Positions 50,425 through 57,031 of a stretch of DNA of 58,100 nucleotides are shown here, piece after piece. Source of the DNA: a virus. Lineage: Duplodnaviria > Caudoviricetes. The notes beneath the pieces were generated by a model. That model saw only the letters and a program-made list of their open reading frames with translations, did no database searches and was not told the origin of the DNA. Position 1 is the stretch's first letter, and the number at the start of each line of letters is the position of its first letter. The stretch lies in IMG/VR virus record IMGVR_UViG_3300031920_000245, positions 1 to 58,100 of that record; one strand, given 5' to 3'. Made by a program: the position numbers and the translations under genes.

Positions 50425-50498
50425 ACGTCCGTAGTTCAATTAGGTAGAATGCTGGTCTCCAAAACCAGAGGTTGGGGGTTCGATTCCCTCCGGGCGTG
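50425..50498 (+). tRNA. tRNA-Trp(CCA)
   Basis: ACGTCCG/CGGGCGT; CTGGT-CTCCAAA-ACCAG; G73. Confidence 0.92.
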
Positions 50499-50520
50499 CT
50501 AATATTTATTCAATAATTTA

Positions 50521-50760
50521 ATGGTAATGAAACACGAATTAAAAGAAATTGTGAAAGGAACTGTGGCAAAATTAGAGCATGTTTGTAATGGTAAAGCTGA
50601 TTATAGAATCAATGTTAATGATACTATTTATCAACTTGAAATTAACATTATGGAAAAGGAATGGGAAAATATATACATACTTCCGGAATATAAATCGATA
50701 ACATTAATGCGTTGGATCAGAAAAGGGATTGAGAATGGTAATCTTATTCAATTAAATTAA
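50521..50760 (+). CDS. Hypothetical protein
   Basis: 79 aa with KSITLMRWIRK. Confidence 0.55.
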   Translation: MVMKHELKEIVKGTVAKLEHVCNGKADYRINVNDTIYQLEINIMEKEWENIYILPEYKSITLMRWIRKGIENGNLIQLN

Positions 50761-50766
50761 TTTTTT

Positions 50767-50792
50767 TGTAACATTTCTTGATATTCTCCGTA
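50767..50792 (+). promoter_or_regulatory. TGTAAC-N16-CGTA promoter
   Basis: TGTAAC 50767-50772, CGTA 50789-50792. Confidence 0.65.
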
Positions 50793-50815
50793 TATATAAT
50801 TAAATTTGACAACTT

Positions 50816-51544
50816 ATGTTGATACTTGGAAAAAATAGAGATTATTATGATGGTGTTGTCGGTACAATGGGTATTGATAAAACTATTGTTTATAATCGTC
50901 ATACTGTTGAAAATGATGACTGTAAAAAATTTCCAAAAGAATTTAAATGTAAATTACATTATAGTGATGATGAATCAAAATTTATTGATCTTTGTTCTTA
51001 TGGTATTGACAGTGATAAAACTAAAAAATATAAAGAAGTTGATGTTTTTTTTATTGGTTTTTGTGGTAAAATATATATCGGTTGGAAATTTTATTATTTA
51101 ATTGGTAATGGTATTCACGAAAAAATGAAATATGATATTGTTTATGATATTGATGTAGCAAAGAAATACATTAAAGATAATAGATGGGGTAGTGGTAATC
51201 TTAATGATATTCTGAATCATATTAAAAATTATAATCCTATTGAATTATTTAGAGAAAATAATACACCTATTTTTATTTATGATAGTCATATAGATAGAAT
51301 AGATTTAGATAAATATTATGGTAGTAACAATCAAAGATTTATTATTAATCCGGTGTTAAAAGAATATAAATTTTATAAGGTTTTTGATACATTTAGTGCC
51401 TTTCAAGAAATTCAAATGTTTATCTCCGGTGTGTTGGGATCTAATGAAAAAGATATTATTGAAGTGGAAGATAAATATAAAATTGCACAACATGGTTTTA
51501 ATAAATGGTCCTTTAGAAGAGAACCATCAAAGAAAAAGAAATAA
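50816..51544 (+). CDS. Hypothetical phage protein
   Basis: 242 aa; DYYDG, FIGFCGKIY, AFQEIQMFISG, HGFNKWSFR. Confidence 0.7.
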   Translation: MLILGKNRDYYDGVVGTMGIDKTIVYNRHTVENDDCKKFPKEFKCKLHYSDDESKFIDLCSYGIDSDKTKKYKEVDVFFIGFCGKIYIGWKFYYLIGNGIHEKMKYDIVYDIDVAKKYIKDNRWGSGNLNDILNHIKNYNPIELFRENNTPIFIYDSHIDRIDLDKYYGSNNQRFIINPVLKEYKFYKVFDTFSAFQEIQMFISGVLGSNEKDIIEVEDKYKIAQHGFNKWSFRREPSKKKK

Positions 51545-51587
51545 ATGCTGCGAATAATGAGGTTAATCGTTGCACATTTTACGGCAA

Positions 51588-51875
51588 ATGAGAAATTATA
51601 CTAATTTATTAATAATTCCCGCAAAATTTGCGAAGAATAGTGATGATAATCAACGCATAATTAATTGTGTGATCGGTAAAACCCCTGATGGTGTGCCAAT
51701 TACACAATTAAGAAAATTTGAGAAATATTGTACAGAAGGTATTGAAAATCCGACCTATTTATTAATAGGCATCATAAGTGGTCAGGGTTTTACACGAGTA
51801 ACATTTACCGATGCCAAAGAGTTTGAAAAATTGTTCATTGAAAAATGGGGTTGTCTGGATTTGACAGCAACGTAG
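51588..51875 (+). CDS. Hypothetical protein overlapping the tmRNA 5' end
   Basis: ATG 51588; stop lies inside ssrA. Confidence 0.45.
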   Translation: MRNYTNLLIIPAKFAKNSDDNQRIINCVIGKTPDGVPITQLRKFEKYCTEGIENPTYLLIGIISGQGFTRVTFTDAKEFEKLFIEKWGCLDLTAT

Positions 51876-52215
51876 AATGGTAAGTAAGCAAGTGGTAGTT
51901 GTAGAATCTACTTTAAAAAAGTTACAAAACTATAAATGCAGAAGACTTAATGTCTATTCCAACATTTCTTAACAGAAGTGTACCAGCAGTTGCAAGTGAA
52001 GCTGAACTAGCAATGGCTGCGTAAGGAAACAGCAAAAAAACAGCGAAAAACTTGTAATCAAGTAAGGTTTGAGATACCTTTAAATAATCACTCTGGTTAA
52101 TTATTCGACTATAACGAATAGATATTTTGGATGATTAGAAAATCATATCCTAAACTTGTAGAAAACTTATTAGTCACTTGTTTGGACGTGGGTTCGACTC
52201 CCACCAACTCCACCA
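51847..52215 (+). ncRNA. ssrA: tmRNA
   Basis: 5' GGGGTTG...GGATTTGAC; 3' GACGTGGGTTCGACTCCCACCAACTCCACCA with G3:U; tag ORF 51938-52024 after ATAAAT ending LAMAA-stop. Confidence 0.93.
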
Positions 52216-52216
52216 A

Positions 52217-52362
52217 GGTAATTGTGGGGTCTTAATAAGACTTAAAGATAGTTTGCAAACGTAGGTAGTTAGAGTTCATGATGATAGCTATCAAATGATG
52301 TGTTGGCATGGGAGTTCGACTCTTCCACACGTTGCTTTAAGTTAAAGACCCTACACATTACT
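52217..52362 (+). ncRNA. Unidentified structured RNA
   Basis: TGTGGGGTCTT/AAGACCCTACA and ACTTAAAG/CTTTAAGT closing stems; internal GGAG-TTCGA-CTCT T-loop-like hairpin. Confidence 0.55.
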
Positions 52363-52399
52363 GATAAAAAATAAGAAAGATTGAAAGACATTTGGAGAT

Positions 52400-52705
52400 A
52401 TGAAAAAATTAGTTAGAGATAGAATTCCAGAAATTATCGAAAAAAAAGAAGGTAAATCACCAGATTATTATATTGCTAAATCTGAAGAGTATGAAGGAAG
52501 ATTATATGATAAATTAGGTGAAGAAACTATTGAATTTATCAATGAACCTTGTGCTGAAGAACTTGCTGATATTTTAGAAGTGGTTGGTGCACTTGCTAAA
52601 TTTCATGGTATTGGTCTTGAGGATATTAAAATAGCTAAGAACAAAAAATTCAGAGAAAGAGGTGGTTTTAATGAACGTTTAGTATTAAATATGCCTGAAA
52701 AATAA
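52400..52705 (+). CDS. MazG/HisE-like nucleoside triphosphate pyrophosphohydrolase
   Basis: KLVRDRIPEII, KL.EE..EF, EELADILEV, K..ERGGF. Confidence 0.85.
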   Translation: MKKLVRDRIPEIIEKKEGKSPDYYIAKSEEYEGRLYDKLGEETIEFINEPCAEELADILEVVGALAKFHGIGLEDIKIAKNKKFRERGGFNERLVLNMPEK

Positions 52706-52747
52706 CATAATTTAAATTATGCCCCCATGAAAGCATATTTATATTAA

Positions 52748-52879
52748 ATGAATAGAAAACCATTACATATTAAACCTTCCCGGAAAAAACCAACTGAATA
52801 TTGTTGTGGTAAGAGAGTTAAAGTTGGTGATCGTGGTAGAAAAAAACCAAACATAACAAGAAGAATAAAAAAAAGATAA
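52748..52879 (+). CDS. 43-aa very basic peptide
   Basis: MNRKPLHIKPSRKKPTEYCCGKRVKVGDRGRKKPNITRRIKKR. Confidence 0.45.
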   Translation: MNRKPLHIKPSRKKPTEYCCGKRVKVGDRGRKKPNITRRIKKR

Positions 52880-52911
52880 CTCCCATGAATGTTTTTCTTG
52901 GAATTTAATTT

Positions 52912-52993
52912 GCCTCAATGATGGAACTGGTAGACATGCAGGTTTCAAAAACCTGTGCTTCCGAGCTTGTGGGTTCAAATCCCACTTGAGGTA
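52912..52993 (+). tRNA. tRNA-Leu(CAA)
   Basis: GCCTCAA/TTGAGGT; CAGGT-TTCAAAA-ACCTG. Confidence 0.9.
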
Positions 52994-53012
52994 CTATTTA
53001 TAAATAAATAAC

Positions 53013-53192
53013 ATGAATATTTTAGAATTAACATTAATCACTATTTTTATTATGGTAGTTGGATTATATCTAATTATTGAATTAATTGATTCTTTTTTCC
53101 GAATCAGATCATATTTTAAAAGGTCACCTTTTTCAGAATATGATCAGAAAATTGGATTAAGTTATAATCCTAAAACTAAAAAATTAACATAA
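53013..53192 (+). CDS. 59-aa membrane protein
   Basis: MNILELTLITIFIMVVGLYLIIELID...; CTATTTATA upstream. Confidence 0.5.
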   Translation: MNILELTLITIFIMVVGLYLIIELIDSFFRIRSYFKRSPFSEYDQKIGLSYNPKTKKLT

Positions 53193-53250
53193 TTATGAAA
53201 AACTCAAAAGAAAGGTCATCAGTCTTCTAATACTAAAATGTTAGAAGATT

Positions 53251-53541
53251 ATGAGAAGAATTAAAGAAACTGTAGACAATACCTCAAATAGGGGTGAGTT
53301 TAATCGAGCATACAAACGGTATCTCGAAAGTAAAGGAAAAATTCGTTGTTCGTACTGTGGTTATAATCGTGGTGAAAACGATAATAGAAAATGGTATGGT
53401 AGTAACATGAGGGATGGTATTAGTTATCCTAATTGGAAATTAGCCACTAAAAACAGTAAACAATGGATGGATAAAAACCTCGAAATAACAAATAAAATTA
53501 TTCGAGGTGTAGAACATACCACTATCAAATTTAAACGATAG
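53251..53541 (+). CDS. Basic protein with CxxC
   Basis: 96 aa; IRCSYCG. Confidence 0.6.
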   Translation: MRRIKETVDNTSNRGEFNRAYKRYLESKGKIRCSYCGYNRGENDNRKWYGSNMRDGISYPNWKLATKNSKQWMDKNLEITNKIIRGVEHTTIKFKR

Positions 53542-53552
53542 TGGTTTTATCT

Positions 53553-53626
53553 TGCGGGGTAGCTTAGTCGGTTAAAGCGTTGGAGTCATATCCCAAAGAC
53601 CGAGGGTTCGAATCCCTCTCCCGCAA
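53553..53626 (+). tRNA. tRNA-Met(CAU), initiator-like acceptor
   Basis: TGCGGGG/TCCCGCA; TTGGA-GTCATAT-CCCAA with one mismatch. Confidence 0.8.
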
Positions 53627-53694
53627 CAAATTTCCCAATACGTTTTTTATATATAAATTTATTCATATATTTGTCTAATAAAAACACAAATAAT

Positions 53695-54240
53695 ATGGAA
53701 GAATTAAAAACACCACTTGTAATTAATTTATTTGCTGGTCCGAGCACTGGTAAAAGTACATCTGCAGCACAAATTTTCTCTGAATTAAAATGGATGGGAA
53801 TTAATTGTGAGATGGTTACAGAATTTGCAAAAGATAAAGTATGGGAAGAATCATTTAAGGTCTTAGATGATCAGGTTTACATTTTCGGTAAACAAGTACA
53901 TAGAATGCGTAGACTTGTTGGTAAGGTTGATATAATTATTACTGATTCACCGATCTTAAATTCATTGGTTTATGATGAATCTGGAAATGATAATTTTCAT
54001 AATTTAATTTTGGATGTTTTTAATGAATTTAATAACTTAAACTTCTTTCTTAGAAGAACAAAAAAATTCCAACAAGCTGGAAGAGTCCAAAATGAAGAGA
54101 AATCAAAGTTGTTAGATAATAAAGTTTGGAATATGTTATGTGATAATAAAATACCTTGTGATCCGGTTGATGCAAGTAAAGAGAATATAATAAAAGAGGT
54201 TTTACCTATAATTAATAGAGTATATTCAGCAAATAAATAA
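53695..54240 (+). CDS. NadR/AAA_28-like P-loop ATPase or kinase
   Basis: INLFAGPSTGKST, EFAKD, ITDSP, GRVQ. Confidence 0.8.
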   Translation: MEELKTPLVINLFAGPSTGKSTSAAQIFSELKWMGINCEMVTEFAKDKVWEESFKVLDDQVYIFGKQVHRMRRLVGKVDIIITDSPILNSLVYDESGNDNFHNLILDVFNEFNNLNFFLRRTKKFQQAGRVQNEEKSKLLDNKVWNMLCDNKIPCDPVDASKENIIKEVLPIINRVYSANK

Positions 54241-54256
54241 AATAATTCGGAAATAA

Positions 54257-54282
54257 TGTAACCTTTGTTTGGTTTATTCGTA
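54257..54282 (+). promoter_or_regulatory. TGTAAC-N16-CGTA promoter of tRNA operon 3
   Basis: TGTAAC 54257-54262, CGTA 54279-54282 overlapping GTATTTATA. Confidence 0.65.
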
Positions 54283-54322
54283 TTTATAGTATAGATTTGT
54301 AAAGTTAAATTTAAAAAAGAAA

Positions 54323-54409
54323 ATGATGTCAAGAATTAACACATATTATTTCAAGAAATCTTATAAGAAGTATCTTATAGGAATCGGGAATCGTATGATT
54401 AGTTCATAA
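54323..54409 (+). CDS. Attenuator leader peptide 3, MMSRINTYYFKKSYKKYLIGIGNRMISS
   Basis: TAT TAT TTC AAG AAA TCT TAT AAG AAG TAT; antiterminator GAATCGGG at 54381-54388. Confidence 0.85.
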   Translation: MMSRINTYYFKKSYKKYLIGIGNRMISS

Positions 54410-54440
54410 AAAATAAATTAACTAAAACTAATATATGTTT

Positions 54441-54476
54441 AAAAACCCGATTCTTAATAGAGTCGGGTTTTTTGTT
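54441..54476 (+). terminator. Attenuator 3 terminator
   Basis: AAAAACCCGATTCT-taat-AGAGTCGGGTTTTTT-GTT. Confidence 0.88.
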
Positions 54477-54502
54477 GTATAAAAGTTCTTTGAATATATA
54501 AT

Positions 54503-54575
54503 GATCTCGTAGCTCAGTTGGTAGAGCACCTGCCTTTTAAGCAGGGAGTCGTGGGTTCGATCCCCACTGGGGTCA
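54503..54575 (+). tRNA. tRNA-Lys(UUU)
   Basis: GATCTCG/TGGGGTC; CCTGC-CTTTTAA-GCAGG. Confidence 0.92.
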
Positions 54576-54638
54576 CAGAAAAGAGGAATGATAGAGTCCA
54601 CACTACCTCTTCCTATATATGGGGATGTGGACACCAAT

Positions 54639-54710
54639 GGTTTCGTAGCTGAGTTGGTTTAGCACCGCCCTTTTAAGGCGGGGACGTGGGTTCGACCCCC
54701 ACCGGGATCA
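54639..54710 (+). tRNA. tRNA-Lys(UUU), second copy
   Basis: GGTTTCG/CGGGATC; CCGCC-CTTTTAA-GGCGG. Confidence 0.9.
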
Positions 54711-54723
54711 CTATTAAATATAT

Positions 54724-54816
54724 CACATAATGGTGAAAAGGAATACACTATCCAAGACATGGGGAGAGGGATGCTGGCAACACCATTCCATACGGGTTCG
54801 AGTCCCGTTTATGTGA
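54724..54816 (+). pseudogene. tRNA-like gene with Leu-type body and broken anticodon arm
   Basis: CACATAA/TTATGTG acceptor, TGGTGAAAAGGAATACAC D arm, ACGGG-TTCGAGT-CCCGT T arm, long variable arm; no canonical anticodon loop. Confidence 0.6.
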
Positions 54817-54830
54817 CAAAAATTAATATT

Positions 54831-54995
54831 ATGAGTAGAGAAGAATTATTAGCATTTTTACGTGAAAATCTAACCATTGAAGTATCATTAGATGATGAAT
54901 ATGAAGGTGATGGTAGATATGCAACAAGTAATGTGACATTAAGATTATGTGATGAAGAAATTTCATCATCATATGATTCAGTAAAGATAGATTAA
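54831..54995 (+). CDS. Small acidic protein
   Basis: Likely start ATG 54831 (MSREELLAFLRENL...). Confidence 0.55.
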   Translation: MSREELLAFLRENLTIEVSLDDEYEGDGRYATSNVTLRLCDEEISSSYDSVKID

Positions 54996-54998
54996 ATT

Positions 54999-55081
54999 GG
55001 ATAGGTGGTCGAGTGGTTAATGGCAGCAGACTGTAACTCTGCCCTCTTAGGAGTTCGGGGGTTCGAATCCCTCCCTGTCCA
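54999..55081 (+). tRNA. tRNA-Tyr(GUA)
   Basis: GGATAGG/CCTGTCC; GCAGA-CTGTAAC-TCTGC; long variable arm. Confidence 0.92.
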
Positions 55082-55154
55082 CAATATTGTCAGTTGGGGA
55101 GTCTTAGTGACTTTATGCCACCTCCTATCGGGGTGGACTCTGGCAATATTAATT

Positions 55155-55234
55155 GGGTACGTTGAGCAATTGGTGGCTCGCCTGACTGTAGATCAGGTCT
55201 TAACAGCTTGGGGGTTCGAATCCCTCCGTGCCCA
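55155..55234 (+). tRNA. tRNA-Tyr(GUA), second copy
   Basis: GGGTACG/CGTGCCC; CCTGA-CTGTAGA-TCAGG. Confidence 0.9.
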
Positions 55235-55306
55235 CTTTTTATTTTTCTAATTAATTTAGATATTATATATTATTTTTTATATATTTGTATGAATTAATTA
55301 TTCCAC

Positions 55307-56176
55307 ATGAAAAAATATTCGTTTAGTGAGGTTGATTGTTTAACAACAACACAATATATAATGGCATCTTGGAAATATTCAGGTGCTAATTTTTGTAGGG
55401 ATTTAATTAAAGAAAATTTTCCGGAGTGTTTTAATTGGGGACTGTGGGGTAAAACACATTCAATATTATCAATAGAAGCGTATAAAACAGTAAGTAATAA
55501 AAATATTAAAATTTTTCTTATTCTTGCTGACCCAAGAGATGTGTCTGCACATATAGGATATCACGAAAATGGCTGGAATTGCGATAAAAAAGATTATTCT
55601 GATTATGCATATAATCATCGGGATAGTTTAGTTTTTTTAAATGAAAACATGTATAAAATTAATGAATTATTATCATATTACATATCCAAATTTAAAGATA
55701 GTTGTTTAGTTTTAAGGTATGAAGATGCATATTATAATCCTGATATTTTTTTAAATAAGGTGGGTAAGTTTTTAAATTTAAAACCACTTAATATCAATGA
55801 CATTAATAAATATCGTCAAGATATTAACAGAAATATTGGTGTTTTTCCATATTATTATAGTTCAGAAACAAATGAACAACATTATAAACAATATCAGAAT
55901 TTTTATGTTAAATGGGGATACGGTAAACAGGGTTTTTTTTACAGTGATTTCGATAATGAAACAAAACACAATAAATTTCTAAAAGATAAAGGTTGGGAAT
56001 ATTTAAATTATGAACCATATATAGATAATGGTTTAAAATACAGTATTAAAGATTCTAAATATATTGAATTTTTAAATAGAAATAAAGTGTATTCAATGGT
56101 AATCCCAATTAATTATAGGAATGGTGCACTTAATAATCATATTGAAGATCGAATAAAAAAATTAAGAAATGAATAA
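55307..56176 (+). CDS. Sulfotransferase-fold protein
   Basis: SWKYSGAN, KTH, LADPRDV, LRYED pattern of sulfotransferase-like proteins. Confidence 0.6.
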   Translation: MKKYSFSEVDCLTTTQYIMASWKYSGANFCRDLIKENFPECFNWGLWGKTHSILSIEAYKTVSNKNIKIFLILADPRDVSAHIGYHENGWNCDKKDYSDYAYNHRDSLVFLNENMYKINELLSYYISKFKDSCLVLRYEDAYYNPDIFLNKVGKFLNLKPLNINDINKYRQDINRNIGVFPYYYSSETNEQHYKQYQNFYVKWGYGKQGFFYSDFDNETKHNKFLKDKGWEYLNYEPYIDNGLKYSIKDSKYIEFLNRNKVYSMVIPINYRNGALNNHIEDRIKKLRNE

Positions 56177-57029
56177 AAATGTAATATCGTTTTGTTGTCA
56201 TGCGAAAAATAGATTACAACACGTTAAACTAACTTTAGAATTTAATTTAGAAATTTTATCAAAGTATAATAATGTTGAATTAATATTATCAGATTTTGAT
56301 TCGAATGATGGTCTTTTTGAATGGATAAAAACAAATGAAAATCTGAAAAAACATTTAAACTCCGGTTTATTAAAATATTTTAAAATAAATAATGAACCAT
56401 ATTTTAAAATGGCATCATCAAAAAATTTATCCCATAGATTAGCAACCGGAGATTATTTAATTAATTTAGATTCTGATAATTTTTTATGTGAAGAGTACAT
56501 TGATAAAGTAAAAGAAATTATAAACATTAATTTACATACGCTTATACATAAAAAAGAAACAGCAACAGCACTTTATGGTAGGGTAGGTTTATCAAATAAA
56601 ATGTTTAATGATGTTGTTGGTTATGATGAAATATATCAACATTGGGGTTGTGAAGATAATGATTTGTTACATAGAGTTAGAAACTATAAAGATATTTCAG
56701 AATATGATATTGATATATATCATATTGATCCTGAAATTATGGGGTCATTCATAGAACATAGTAATTGTTTAAGAATATCGAATTATAACGTTGACGATTT
56801 AAACCCTGAAGCTTTAATAAAGGGTACGTATGATATGTTTGTACATGGTATTGATGATGAAGGTAAGGTGTATTATAAAACGGATAAATATCCTATATTT
56901 AAAATAAATAATCAAGATTATTTTGAGGATACATTATCATCTGACAGATATAAATCAAGAAAACCATTTAATATATTTAATGTTTATACATTAAATTTAG
57001 ATTTGATTTTTTTTAAGAAATTGAATTAA
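56169..57029 (+). CDS. Glycosyltransferase (GT2/GT7-like)
   Basis: SDFDSNDG, NLDSDN (DxD), GYDE....WGCEDNDL..R. Confidence 0.85.
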   Translation: MNKNVISFCCHAKNRLQHVKLTLEFNLEILSKYNNVELILSDFDSNDGLFEWIKTNENLKKHLNSGLLKYFKINNEPYFKMASSKNLSHRLATGDYLINLDSDNFLCEEYIDKVKEIININLHTLIHKKETATALYGRVGLSNKMFNDVVGYDEIYQHWGCEDNDLLHRVRNYKDISEYDIDIYHIDPEIMGSFIEHSNCLRISNYNVDDLNPEALIKGTYDMFVHGIDDEGKVYYKTDKYPIFKINNQDYFEDTLSSDRYKSRKPFNIFNVYTLNLDLIFFKKLN

Positions 57030-57031
57030 TT

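Noticed and set aside
47851-55250. ORF-track entries overlapping tRNAs (47851, 48734, 48934, 49016, 49548, 52763, 54428, 55005)
   Set aside because: They are read-throughs of tRNA genes with no protein features.
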